A program made the translations under genes and the position numbers. A stretch of DNA of 61,138 bases, filler included, from Candidatus Tectimicrobiota bacterium (GTDB lineage: Bacteria > JACPSX01): the NCBI GenBank assembly GCA_016193065.1. It is 5 parts of 5 records of this genome, joined end to end, with 100 filler letters (N's around TTAATTAATTAA, not from the genome) between each part and the next. Parts side by side here need not be neighbours in the genome. Positions count along the whole stretch, not along the records: positions 46,022 to 54,208 come from JACPSX010000254.1; positions 54,309 to 61,138 come from JACPSX010000227.1; 3 more parts are not named here. One strand, written 5' to 3'. The notes below the pieces were generated by a model. That model was not told where the DNA came from. It saw only the letters and a list, made by a program, of their open reading frames with translations, and ran no database searches. Shown here piece by piece: positions 47,961 through 57,910 of the stretch. The stretch's first letter is position 1. Each line of letters starts with the position of its first letter.

Positions 47961-48368
47961 CTATTTGGTGACTTTCAGGAGAAGGACCGGGATGGAGACG
48001 GAGTGTCTGACCTTGTCGGCGGTGCTGCCATAGAGAAGGTCGGAGAGAAAGCGGTGGCCGTGGGTGGCCATGGCGGCAAGCTCTGCGGTAATCCAGAAGA
48101 AGTAGTTGGTCTTTTTCCCGAAATGAGCCTGGCAGTTTTCGGGCAACGTGCGGCCCGTGGCAATCCCCAGCTTGGCCGACAGGCTCTGTAGAAGGACGGC
48201 CATCAAATTGCTCAGCAGGATCACCCAGAGGAGCCGGTAGCCGAACCGGGCGCCCCCCTCGATGTCCGTTCCCCAGTTTCCCGGGTCCATGTAGCCCACG
48301 CTGACCAGAAAGGCCGGGCCCAGGTAGGCCAGGGACTGCCGATTAAAAAGGCGATGTTTCACCCTCAT
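47961..48368 (-). pseudogene. mntH: Nramp Mn2+ transporter-USP fusion collapsed by an in-frame internal deletion
   Basis: GPAFLVSVGYMDPGNW...AELAAMAT runs straight into the USP C-terminus HGHRFLSDLLYGSTADKVRH..IPVLL. Confidence 0.82.
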
Positions 48369-48784
48369 CCTCCCGCATTTGAATCCTTTTATCACCAAAT
48401 ACGCAAAGAGCCAATGAGTTAGAGCGTTCAGAGAAATTGATGTATCCGTATCATTTACACAGCGCTGGCGGCTGCCTAGACTTGGCCAGCATGGAGGGGG
48501 GCTCTGCTCACAGTCTCGGATATTGCAGCGGGCGGGAACCACTATTGGAACAAAGGGGATTGTTTGTGCCCTGTTTGCGCAGTGTTGACGGTCGCGCGGA
48601 CCGGTTCAAGAAACCGCAGGAAGATACAGAGTTTGCACAGGACCGGACCCGGGTTCTTCCCGGCGCCCAGGAGTTGAGGGCCCTGGTTTCCCTATTTCCG
48701 GAAGGGGATTGGATTGTCCAAGTTGCATAGGGACTCCCCACGATGTACCCGCAAGGACGCGGCTTGTCGCCAAAGGGGGACTCG

Positions 48785-50011
48785 ATGCCTGCAGACGAAA
48801 TAACCGCATCTCTGCTGGAAACCACCCGCACGGTAGTTCACGACCTGATCCGTCGCCAGGCCTCAAAAATCGATGAGACCGGGGAATTCCCCCGGGAGAT
48901 TTTCCAGGCCTTTTGGGAAACCGGCCTTCTGAATCTGAACCTGCCCAAGGAATACGGGGGCACAGGCGCCAGTCTCTACCAGATCTGCCAGGTGGTCGAG
49001 GAGATCTCCCGTGTCTCTCCCGCCACGGCCCTCCTGATCATCGTGCAATCCCTGACCATCCAGACGATCCTGTATGCCGCCACAGAAGAACAGAGGCGCG
49101 CCATTCTCCCCGCCATCGCCCGGGAGGGGAAGCTGATCGCCTTCGGGCTCACCGAAAGGTCTGCAGGCTCCGACGCCGCCGCCATCAAAACCCAGGTCAC
49201 TCCCAACGGCTCCGGCTACCTTCTCAACGGCAACAAGAACTTCGTAACCTTCGGCACCATGGCGGACAAATATATCGTGTTTTCCACGACAGATCCGTCC
49301 CTGAGAGCCAAGGGGATCTGCGTTCTCCTCATCGACCGGAACTTCCCCGGCATCCGGGTGGGCCCCTCTCTGAAGGGAATCCTCGGGATGCGAGGAACGG
49401 GGATCAACAACATCCAGTTCCGGAATGTCCCTCTGGAAAGCAGTTGCCTGCTCGGGGAGGAAGGGACGGGATTCAAGGCCTGCATGCGCGCATTTGACAA
49501 GTCACGGGTCATCATCGGAGCCCAGGCTGTGGGCATTGCCCAGGGAGCCCTGGATCACGCCCTGAAACACGCCCAGATGCGCAAACAGTTCGGGGAACCG
49601 ATCGGGAATCTCCAGAGCCTGCAGTTCATGCTGGCCGACATGGCCACCAAGGTAGAGGCCTGCCGCTGCCTGGTCGCCGAAACCGCCAGGCGCCTGGCAT
49701 CAGACCCGCCCGATGCGGGGAAGTACTCCTCCATGGCCAAGATGTACGCTTCCGACATTGCGGTCACTGTAGCCACCGACGCCATGCAGATCCTGGGAAG
49801 CTATGGATGTTTCCAGGGATCGATTGTGGAGCGTCTCTACCGGGACGCCAAGCTGACCCAGATCTACGAAGGGACCAACCAGATCCAGCGCCTGGTCATC
49901 GCGCGGCACCTGTTGAGCAAAAAGGAAGTGAAGAAAGAGGCGGATAGGATCCCTCTCCCCCAGGAGTTCCTGCTTCACCGGGTACCCAGCGTGATCGGCA
50001 AACCCCGCTGA
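48785..50011 (+). CDS. Acyl-CoA dehydrogenase
   Basis: FGLTERSAGSDA, LGMRG, RKQFG..I, SMAK, YRDAKLTQIYEGTNQIQR. Confidence 0.95.
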   Translation: MPADEITASLLETTRTVVHDLIRRQASKIDETGEFPREIFQAFWETGLLNLNLPKEYGGTGASLYQICQVVEEISRVSPATALLIIVQSLTIQTILYAATEEQRRAILPAIAREGKLIAFGLTERSAGSDAAAIKTQVTPNGSGYLLNGNKNFVTFGTMADKYIVFSTTDPSLRAKGICVLLIDRNFPGIRVGPSLKGILGMRGTGINNIQFRNVPLESSCLLGEEGTGFKACMRAFDKSRVIIGAQAVGIAQGALDHALKHAQMRKQFGEPIGNLQSLQFMLADMATKVEACRCLVAETARRLASDPPDAGKYSSMAKMYASDIAVTVATDAMQILGSYGCFQGSIVERLYRDAKLTQIYEGTNQIQRLVIARHLLSKKEVKKEADRIPLPQEFLLHRVPSVIGKPR

Positions 50012-50048
50012 CGGGCAATCTCGCGCTCCCAGGGGAGAGCGCGGGGAG

Positions 50049-52031
50049 TCAGCCCTCCAGGCTCCGAAAGTAGCCCATGATTCCCGCGATCTTATCGGGC
50101 GGCCCGAGGACAAAGAGCACGTCATTCGCCCGGAGCTTCACGTCTCCCTGAAGACTCGACAAAATCTCCGAGTCCCGGCGTATGGCCAACACCGTGACTC
50201 CCAATTTCTTCCTGAACTCAACCTCACCCAGAGACTTGCCCACCAGGGGGAAACCCTCTCCCACCCGAAGCGTGCCGATCTCCACATCGGGGAAGTGAAA
50301 CTTGAAGTCGGACAAGGAATAGAAAGGACGAGAAAGGCTGCGAAACATCTCGTAACCGTCCGCCCGCACCTCGGCGACAAGCTTTTCCACATCGTCTCTG
50401 GGGATAAGATACTTGGCCAGGAGGCGGGCAAAAATCTCCACCGAGGTTTCAAACTCCTCGGGGACGACCTCGTTCGCCCCCAATTCATACAACGGTTTCA
50501 TTTCCTGGATATAGCGCGTCCTCACGATGACATGAACCCTGGGGTTGAGGCTGCGGGCGATGGCGGTGATGTGCCGGGTCGCCGCCGGATCCGAGATGGC
50601 CACCACCAGGACCCGCGCTTCCTTGATGCCCGCGTGCTGCAACACCGCCTCGTGGACCGCGTCTCCATAATAAATCGGCTCGCCTCTGGTCTGCTCGTTC
50701 TTCACCGTATCCGCATTGATCTCAATGATCAGATAGGAGATGCCGGCCACCTTGGCGGCCCGGGCCACGTTCTTTCCGACCAGGCCAAAACCGACGATGA
50801 TCAGATGATCCTTGATTCCTGCGGCGCGCGCCGCCCCCGCCGGGGAAAAACCGGATCGCGCCGGCAGCGGCAACCTGAGGACGGACTCCGCGACGGCGGG
50901 CGCCAGGGCGATGACGAAGGGCGTAGCGGCCATGGTCACTACGGAGACGGCCAGAAAGAGCTGGTTGACGTCTCCGGAAAGCAACCCGTGCCGGACGCCC
51001 GTCTCGGACAGGATGAAGGAAAACTCCCCGACCTGACTCAGCGTCAGCCCCACCAGGATCGCCGTCCGTAAGGGGAAACCCAGGAGCGCCGTCGCCAGCC
51101 CGGCGATGACGGCCTTCAAGGCCATCACGCCCAGAGCCACCAGCCCGATGACCTGCGGTCGGGCCAGGAGGAAACCGACGTCCAGCAGCATGCCGATGGA
51201 CACGAAAAAAAAGCTCGCAAAGACATCCCGGAACGGCAGAACATTGCCGAAGGCCTGGTGACTGTATTCCGACTCGGAGATGATCAAGCCCGCCAGGAAC
51301 GCGCCCAGGGCGAGGGAGAGCCCCAGGCTGGAGGTCACCCAGGCCACGGCCAGGCAGAGGACGACCACGCTCAACAGGAACAATTCCCGGACCCGCGTCC
51401 TCGCCACTTGATGCAGGATATAGGGGACGACCCATTTCGCGGCCAGGGCCACCAGCAGGATGATCGCCACCCCTTTGGCCAGCAGGACGAGGAGGGCAAG
51501 GCCGAAGTTCCCACTCTTTCCGGCCAGCAGGGGCGTGAACAGGATCATCGGCACGATGATCACATCCTGGAAAATCAGCATGGCAACGGACGTGCGGCCG
51601 TGGGGACTGTCCACCTCGGCCCTTTCCTGGAGGATTTTGAGCACAATGGCCGTGCTGCTCAGGGAGATCAGAAAACCGATGAAGATGGATTCACCCCAGG
51701 GGTGGCCGAACCGGCCGGCAATGAGAGCCGCGGCCAGGAAGGTGAGCACCACCTGAAGAGATCCCCCCGCCAGGACCGATTTCTTGACTTGCAGCAGGTT
51801 TTTCAGCGAGAACTCGATGCCGATCGTGAACAGCAGCAGCACGACGCCGACTTCCGCCAGCGTCTCCACTTCCCGCACCTCCCCGATCAGGCCCAGCCCG
51901 TGAGGGCCCGCCAGCACGCCCGTCAGCAGAAACCCCACAACGGCCGGCACCCGGAAGCGCTGGCAGATGAAGATCACGACCAGGGATAACCCGAAGATGA
52001 TCACGATGGCCTTGAGCAACGGCATTTCCAT
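50049..52031 (-). CDS. CPA2/Kef-type cation:proton antiporter with TrkA-N and TrkA-C domains
   Basis: LLFTIGIEF, SLSSTAIV, FQD, QVGEFSF, IIVGFGLVG, YGDA. Confidence 0.93.
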   Translation of the reverse strand: MEMPLLKAIVIIFGLSLVVIFICQRFRVPAVVGFLLTGVLAGPHGLGLIGEVREVETLAEVGVVLLLFTIGIEFSLKNLLQVKKSVLAGGSLQVVLTFLAAALIAGRFGHPWGESIFIGFLISLSSTAIVLKILQERAEVDSPHGRTSVAMLIFQDVIIVPMILFTPLLAGKSGNFGLALLVLLAKGVAIILLVALAAKWVVPYILHQVARTRVRELFLLSVVVLCLAVAWVTSSLGLSLALGAFLAGLIISESEYSHQAFGNVLPFRDVFASFFFVSIGMLLDVGFLLARPQVIGLVALGVMALKAVIAGLATALLGFPLRTAILVGLTLSQVGEFSFILSETGVRHGLLSGDVNQLFLAVSVVTMAATPFVIALAPAVAESVLRLPLPARSGFSPAGAARAAGIKDHLIIVGFGLVGKNVARAAKVAGISYLIIEINADTVKNEQTRGEPIYYGDAVHEAVLQHAGIKEARVLVVAISDPAATRHITAIARSLNPRVHVIVRTRYIQEMKPLYELGANEVVPEEFETSVEIFARLLAKYLIPRDDVEKLVAEVRADGYEMFRSLSRPFYSLSDFKFHFPDVEIGTLRVGEGFPLVGKSLGEVEFRKKLGVTVLAIRRDSEILSSLQGDVKLRANDVLFVLGPPDKIAGIMGYFRSLEG

Positions 52032-52408
52032 ATCTTACTCCAGGACGGATCTGCGAAAAAAACGGGCCGTCCTCTCCCCCGAGGGGCACATGGGCGCGGA
52101 TACCCCGAGGCTCTGCGCGCAGCGGGGCGTCCAAAGCGGGAAAAAGTCCATCACCCAACGCTCGGCGGAATCCAGCGGGCCCGCACTGCTTTCCTGCCCC
52201 GGGCCCGCGAGTGGACCCGACCGGGATCCCGAAGGCGGAAATTCCGCTTCCATAAAGGCGTACACCGGATCATTCGAATTACCTGCTTGTGAACTGCTTC
52301 GGGCTGACCGAGAAGGTCCGGGTCGGAATCGTCGGGGGAATGACGAACATCCTGGCGGCGCACTGGAAGGTCGAGAAGGTGATCACGATTCAGTCCCGAC
52401 CTTGGGCC

Positions 52409-53047
52409 TTAGAATGAAGACCCGGGCTGCCTCAAGAATTCGGTTTCCTCCGGAGTCGAGGCCCGGCCCAAAATCTCGTTGCGGTGAGGAAACCGGCCAA
52501 ACCTCTTCACCACATCACGATGCCGGACCGCGTAGTCCAGGAAAGAGCTGAAAGTCTCCTTCCACTCCGGACCCACCCCGTCCAGCAATTCCTGGAAACA
52601 CCGGACGCTGCGCTCCTGCAGAGCTATGTCCTCGGAGTGCTCCAGGGGCAGGTAGAAAAAGGCGCGCTCGAAGGTTCCCAGGTCGCGATCGACGCCCGTC
52701 CGCAGACCTTCCAAACACAGTTCCCGCGCCTGCGCGTCGTTCGCGAAGGCCCCCGGTGTATCCCGGTAGATGTTCCGGGAGAATTGATCCAGGAGGATGA
52801 TGAGGGCCAGGCGCCCGCGGGCTGATTCCTTCCAGCGGTCGAGCCTTCCCGCGGCGGCGCGCTCCACATCTCCCGCAAACTCCGTTTGGATCGCCCGGTC
52901 TACTCCCTCTCCGCCCTGGAACCAGAAGCGGATGCGATCCGCAATGCGCTCCCGGTCTCCGGCCTCCCCGAACCAAAACCGCAGGACCGCATCGAGGCGC
53001 TCCTCATCGGCCTGTTTCACCTTCCCACCCTTCCTCAAAACGATCAA
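52409..53047 (-). CDS. DUF924-family protein
   Basis: VLRFWFG, IILLDQFSRN, FFYLPLEHSE, RFGRFPHRN.ILGR.STPEE. Confidence 0.9.
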   Translation of the reverse strand: MIVLRKGGKVKQADEERLDAVLRFWFGEAGDRERIADRIRFWFQGGEGVDRAIQTEFAGDVERAAAGRLDRWKESARGRLALIILLDQFSRNIYRDTPGAFANDAQARELCLEGLRTGVDRDLGTFERAFFYLPLEHSEDIALQERSVRCFQELLDGVGPEWKETFSSFLDYAVRHRDVVKRFGRFPHRNEILGRASTPEETEFLRQPGSSF

Positions 53048-53472
53048 ACAATGTCCACGAGCTGGAGATCAAACGTGAGGTCCTTCCCCGCCAAGGGATG
53101 GTTCGCATCCAGCGTCACGTCGGATTCCGAGACTTCAGTCACCCGGACAACGATCGTGTGCTCATCCCCCCGGCGCATCTGCAACTGCTGACCGACCTCC
53201 GGCTTCAAATCCGGCGGGAACTGGTCCCGCTCGACCACCAGAACCATTTCCTCCTGGTGAGGGCCATAGGCCTCGCCCGACGGAATCATGATCGTTTTCG
53301 ATTCACCCGGATTCATCCCGACGACCGCCCGCTCAAAAGCCGGGATGATCTGTTCCTCTCCGATCGTAAACTGCAGGGGATCCCGGTCCATGGAGGTGTC
53401 GAATATCGAACCATCCGCCAGCGTGCCCGTGTAGTGAACCCTCACCGTATCCCCGGATTTTGCCTCTGTCAT
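53044..53472 (-). CDS. slyD: FKBP-type peptidyl-prolyl isomerase (SlyD-like, no His tail)
   Basis: GDTVRVHYTGTL.DG..FDTS, AYG, LDANHPLAGKDLTF. Confidence 0.9.
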   Translation of the reverse strand: MTEAKSGDTVRVHYTGTLADGSIFDTSMDRDPLQFTIGEEQIIPAFERAVVGMNPGESKTIMIPSGEAYGPHQEEMVLVVERDQFPPDLKPEVGQQLQMRRGDEHTIVVRVTEVSESDVTLDANHPLAGKDLTFDLQLVDIV

Positions 53473-53752
53473 GCCTTCTCCTTTCAGTTGATTGCGGGTC
53501 CACGCAGGGCGGAACGACGGATTCATTTCAATTGATTCCTGGGAGGGAATACCGAGGGCATTCGTTCACGGGATCAACGACAGACCAACCCGTCCGTCTT
53601 GCGCGCGCTGGACCTGAGCTCGACCATTGCTCCCTCAATGGTCTCGTGGGCCGGTCATAGAGATGGGGGAGCATTCAGCATGGTCGCGGTCAAATTGTAC
53701 CCTTTTCAAACATTGAGGGCAAACCCATCTTTTCTTTAGGGCGGTAACGAGA

Positions 53753-54063
53753 TTATCTCCCCGTGGCGAGAAGTCCGGCCACTTGAGGGCGGAGTTCATC
53801 GATGACCGTCGTGTAGGATGGGAGTGTGGGGACCAAGGGACCGAGCCATTGCTTCCACGTCTTCTCCACGATCGAGAGCATGGCGTCCGGGAAAAAGGCC
53901 TCGGGTCCCGCGAAGGCAACATCTCGAAGCGCGCACTTCTCACGAAGGAATAAGGTGCAACCTCACGGACCCGTTCGGTCGTGAAGATCCGTTCCCCGGC
54001 GTCGGCCAGCTTTCTGACCAGCGTGATTCCCACCAACGTGTGGATTAGACGTTCTCTGGTCAT
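53753..54063 (-). pseudogene. Collapsed type IV TA (AbiEi/AbiEii-like) remnant
   Basis: GITLVRKLADAGERIFTTERVREVAP (antitoxin-like N-terminus) joined out of frame to EKCALRDVAFAGPEAFF...KTWKQWLGPLVPTLPSY..V..EL (toxin-like C-terminus); recognised from memory only. Confidence 0.5.
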
Positions 54064-54208
54064 CATTCGCCATTATCAAATGATATCCACCTATATTCTA
54101 ATAGATCCCTGTGGAAAGATGGTCCCGAACTATCCGCAAGGGACGTTTGGAGGGATTTGCCGGAAACCCGACAGGTAGGCGCTGGGCCACGGAGCGGCCA
54201 GCGCCGTG

Positions 54209-54308
54209 NNNNNNNNNNNNNNNNNNNNNNNNNNNNNNNNNNNNNNNNNNNNTTAATTAATTAANNNNNNNNNNNNNNNNNNNNNNNNNNNNNNNNNNNN
54301 NNNNNNNN
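54209..54308. other. Artificial contig spacer
   Basis: N-run / TTAATTAATTAA / N-run. Confidence 0.98.
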
Positions 54309-54599
54309 CGGAGCACGAAGAAGAGGCTCGAAATGCCCTCGAAAAGGTGATCCACACTGTGACCGGAAAAAACGAGTCCTTGCAACTCCCCGAAATTGCA
54401 AGCGCAAAGGTCTAAGCGGATGCGACTCCCACGCTCCTCCGCCAGCAATCTGGTAGCCCCTTGTCGAATGCGTCAACCGCGTGCTGGCAAGGGGTTTTCT
54501 GTTTGCCACGAGCTCACCACGGCTGGCCCTTTCCGGTGCGGAGGCTCCCCTCTTCCGCAGGCTCTCGGAGAACTTCGAGTTGTGCGTCTACGGTCTGGG

Positions 54600-55058
54600 C
54601 TATGTTCGGGCGGAGCTGGAGCGCTTGAGGGACCCGACCCCGTGCAGCACCCAGGTTCGATAGTGCTCGAAGTGATTCTGCAGCGCCCGCGACGTGACCG
54701 CGCCGTCGATGAACAGATGGACTGCCTCGCTCAGAATCAGCAGCGTCTCCGCGTTCCCTTTAATGGTGACGGTCCCACCGGCGAGCAGGCGCAGCAGAGT
54801 GGCTGTTCCGTCCACCAGATCCAGGATGTCGCGGGGGGTGATCGCGGCCTCTACCTTCGTGGTCTTTGCCCGCCAGCCGGGGGCCACGGAGATGCGACTC
54901 CGTGCCGCCGTCAGCGTGAACCGTTCCGTCCCGACCTGATACCGTCCCGGCGCCGCTTCGAGAGAGACGCACAGCGCGGCGTAGCGGTCCGGCGATTCTG
55001 CCTTGAGAATCTCAAACGCACGCCGGAAAAACTGAAGCGTGGAGTCTGCACGTGCCAC
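54600..55058 (-). CDS. SCP2-like lipid-binding domain protein
   Basis: GTG start at 55058; ITPRDILDLVDGTATLLRLLAGGTVTIKGNAETL matches the SCP2 C-terminal pattern. Confidence 0.65.
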   Translation of the reverse strand: MARADSTLQFFRRAFEILKAESPDRYAALCVSLEAAPGRYQVGTERFTLTAARSRISVAPGWRAKTTKVEAAITPRDILDLVDGTATLLRLLAGGTVTIKGNAETLLILSEAVHLFIDGAVTSRALQNHFEHYRTWVLHGVGSLKRSSSART

Positions 55059-55078
55059 AGTGCCGCAAGATCCCTTGC

Positions 55079-56122
55079 TCAACCGGCCAGCTCGGCAAAC
55101 CCGGCATAGGTAAAGGCGAAGGCGCGCCCGCCCAGCACCCCCTGGGCCTGGTACGGCCCCACGAGCTCGGCGATGGTCGTGGTCCCGCCTCCCACCGGAT
55201 GGGGAACGAGGAACTGGAGAGCATTTTCCACATCCATCCGAATCTCGACCCGGTCCTCCCCGTCCTCGGCACGGATGCGGAGTTGGCGCGGAATGCCGGA
55301 GACCCGGGGCGGAGCGAGCAGCGCCATCACGCCGGGAACACGCGGGATCGCCACTCCGGTCAGTTCCCCCGCCGTCGCAATGTCCACGGCCTCGTCGAGG
55401 AAGACCTGCGCGCACCTCTCGCCGACCCAGACCAGCAGCACGAGATCGGACTTGGCGGCGGCGCGCGTGGCATCCGTGACTTGCCCGAACACGATGGACA
55501 CCGGAGGGGACCCGTTCCTGGTTCGTGGCGGCGATTGGATGAGGTAGCCCCAGTCCCACCCGAGGTCCGTGCCCCAGTTCCAGTACCCCCAGTTGTGGTC
55601 GTGATAGCCGGTGGCGCCCTCGATCCGGTACTCGCAGCCAGCGATGCGCACGGAGCCTTCAACGGCCAGGCGCGGCAGGATGAACGTGTTGATCATCCCC
55701 CCGATGTTGTCGACGCGGATGGCCGATGCTTCGGGCGTCCACGAAGCCTTCAGGACGACTGAGCCGTCCTTGAGCGCTGCCGAGACGAGGTAGCGGTCCT
55801 TTCGGAACCGCACGGAGTTAGCGCCGATTTGCAAATCGACCGATCCCGGCGAGAAACGCGCTTCCTCGATCGAGTACAGGTTCATCGTTCCGCGCCACCC
55901 CTTTTTCCGGTCGCACACGACGAGGGAAACCCCGGCCCGTCCCTGCGCGGGATCCTGGATGTTGCCCGACAGCGCCAGGTTGAGGACGCCGTACAGCCCG
56001 TTGGCGTCATCGTTAAAGTTGAAGTGATGCCACTCGCTGTACTTCTGCAGTTCGCCCGGATCGGTCCGTGGACGACTCAGCGCATCATCCTGTTGGATGC
56101 GGGTGACGAACCTCAGCTTCAC
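55079..56122 (-). CDS. CrtC/AttH/tocopherol-cyclase-like protein
   Basis: YSEWHHFN near the N-terminus and GATGYHDHNWGYWNW...WDWG; beta-strand-rich. Confidence 0.65.
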   Translation of the reverse strand: MKLRFVTRIQQDDALSRPRTDPGELQKYSEWHHFNFNDDANGLYGVLNLALSGNIQDPAQGRAGVSLVVCDRKKGWRGTMNLYSIEEARFSPGSVDLQIGANSVRFRKDRYLVSAALKDGSVVLKASWTPEASAIRVDNIGGMINTFILPRLAVEGSVRIAGCEYRIEGATGYHDHNWGYWNWGTDLGWDWGYLIQSPPRTRNGSPPVSIVFGQVTDATRAAAKSDLVLLVWVGERCAQVFLDEAVDIATAGELTGVAIPRVPGVMALLAPPRVSGIPRQLRIRAEDGEDRVEIRMDVENALQFLVPHPVGGGTTTIAELVGPYQAQGVLGGRAFAFTYAGFAELAG

Positions 56123-56134
56123 GTCAGCATCGCC

Positions 56135-56437
56135 TCATCGGAGCAGAGATGAATGGAGATCGGGCTTGTCGCTCCCGGCATGTGCCTCTGGCGCATGGGC
56201 CGGGTCGTCCAGGAAGAAAGAAGAGACTTGCCTGAGCTGATTCTCCACGAGCTGTGTGGCCAGCCGCAATTCGGCCCGATGGTTTTGGAAAAACGCCCCC
56301 GGCCGCCATAGCAAATCAGTGACTTCCGGCGTCGGGAGCAGCAGGCGCAGGATCAGATACAGGTCGTTGGCGGGAGTCTCTTCGATCCTGATCCGAGGGA
56401 GCGTCGCTCGCGGTGGAGCTTTCACAGAGCGCCTCAC
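56135..56437 (-). CDS. Small hypothetical protein
   Basis: GTGA overlap with upstream gene; fills the operon gap exactly. Confidence 0.5.
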   Translation of the reverse strand: MRRSVKAPPRATLPRIRIEETPANDLYLILRLLLPTPEVTDLLWRPGAFFQNHRAELRLATQLVENQLRQVSSFFLDDPAHAPEAHAGSDKPDLHSSLLR

Positions 56438-57141
56438 GACGCGCGCCGCTTTTTCGCCGGCTTGGCACGCTTGACTGTCTGGCCCGCCGGTTTGGCCTCC
56501 TTCCCGGGCGGCCGGACCGTGATCGCAAGTGCCACTTCCTTGGCCTGGAATCCCAGCACGCGGATCGTCGTGCTGTAGGTCTGCCCCACCACGAAGTCTT
56601 TTGTCAGAGTGACTGCGGCGTTCACCACCGCCTGGCCCTTCGGGGCCACCATCAAGGTGGCGGGCTCAAAGGAGATATGCGAAGCCGGAAGGGCGCGCCC
56701 GCTCCCGGGGACCAGGTCACTGGCCTGGAAGGCCACATCAAGGGCACGGTCGTAGCGGTTCTCCACAAGAAATGGCGCAGTCACTCGTTCCCCCTGCCGC
56801 CCCTCGAGTCGCATTTCGACCTTCTGTTCGGCTGACGGGCCGGGTTCCGGAGCAGGGCGCGCCTTGGTACCCAGGGCTTGTTCTGCCGCCGAGACGATGC
56901 CGTTGAGGAGCGCCATCCCTTGCGTGCTGATCACCGAGTAGGACGCGAGGTTGAACTCCATCCAGCGCGCGAACAATGTGGACGCGTCGATCGGCTCCTT
57001 CTGGCGGGCGGTGGCGGCTTTCACCAGTTCGTTGATACGGGCCATCAGTTGGACGTTCCCGGCAAGGTTAGCCGATATCAGCGCTTTCAACTCCTCGACG
57101 AAGGTCTCCGGCGACATGCGTTCGGTCGAACCCTTCGACAT
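56434..57141 (-). CDS. Hypothetical protein: helical N-domain, predicted Ig-like C-domain, Lys-rich tail
   Basis: AAGGAGG RBS; FLVEN...ISFEPATLMVAP...GQTYSTTIRV; ends KRAKPAKKRRAS. Confidence 0.8.
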   Translation of the reverse strand: MSKGSTERMSPETFVEELKALISANLAGNVQLMARINELVKAATARQKEPIDASTLFARWMEFNLASYSVISTQGMALLNGIVSAAEQALGTKARPAPEPGPSAEQKVEMRLEGRQGERVTAPFLVENRYDRALDVAFQASDLVPGSGRALPASHISFEPATLMVAPKGQAVVNAAVTLTKDFVVGQTYSTTIRVLGFQAKEVALAITVRPPGKEAKPAGQTVKRAKPAKKRRAS

Positions 57142-57217
57142 CGTCACTGCCCTCCTTGTCGTCACCCGGTTTGTATTCGAGCGAACCCTCTCCCCAACAG
57201 CGCGGCGTGGTCGGCGG

Positions 57218-57910
57218 TCACCGTGGATTGGTGTCGGTGGCGAACTCCGTCACCACCTTGCCCATTCCTGGCTTCCCCACGGGTTGTGGCGCACAGGGTT
57301 CGGCGCACTGGAAGTGATCATGCCAACGATGCGCACGAATCCGGACCGGGGGATCCCCCTGCGCCACCTCGCAAGCACAATGCTGCTCGCCCTGGACCTC
57401 CAGGGTGACGCAGACGCACTGCTCATAGGCTCCCTGGACAAGGATCTCCGCCTCGTATCGTCCCGGCGTGAAACCGGCCGGGACCGTAAAGGTCGCAGTC
57501 ACGACACCGGATTGGCCGGCGGGAAGCGTGAGATTGGTGGGCGACAGCGCGATGGTTGCCGACGATCCTCCGGCCCCGACGAAAGGGGTCGCCTGAAAGG
57601 TGAAGGTTCGCCCGGTCTGCGAGGCGTTGGTGACGCGGATCGTGCAGCGCAGCGTTTCTCCCCGACCGGCTTCCCAGGCGATCTCACACGCGCACCGCGG
57701 AGGACATTCGGTCTCGGGGATCTCGCACATGCCCTTCGGCTTGAGCGCGCTCCAGGCAGGCATTGCAGGGGACAAAATGCCGGCAGCCTGCTGCATGAAG
57801 ACGCGGGCGCTGTCCACAGACATGGCCAGCAGCCTGGGGGCAAGCGTAGCCAGGTTTACCATCGTCGGCTGTTTGGGAGCTGTGGATTTCACGAATACTC
57901 GACTCATCAT
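57218..57910 (-). CDS. Cys-rich hypothetical protein with a predicted Ig-like segment
   Basis: GGAGG RBS and ATGA overlap with upstream stop; 11 Cys (CEIPETECPPRCAC, CVC, CAC, HRWHDHFQCAEPC). Confidence 0.8.
   Translation of the reverse strand: MMSRVFVKSTAPKQPTMVNLATLAPRLLAMSVDSARVFMQQAAGILSPAMPAWSALKPKGMCEIPETECPPRCACEIAWEAGRGETLRCTIRVTNASQTGRTFTFQATPFVGAGGSSATIALSPTNLTLPAGQSGVVTATFTVPAGFTPGRYEAEILVQGAYEQCVCVTLEVQGEQHCACEVAQGDPPVRIRAHRWHDHFQCAEPCAPQPVGKPGMGKVVTEFATDTNPR

Noticed and set aside
54309-54599. Possible further gene of the isoprenoid operon
   Set aside because: No frame gave a recognisable protein or a convincing RBS before the contig end.
55059-55559. N-terminal extension of ORF 54600-55559
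   Set aside because: Overlaps the upstream gene in another frame and is Arg/Gly-rich noise; GTG 55058 is the better start.
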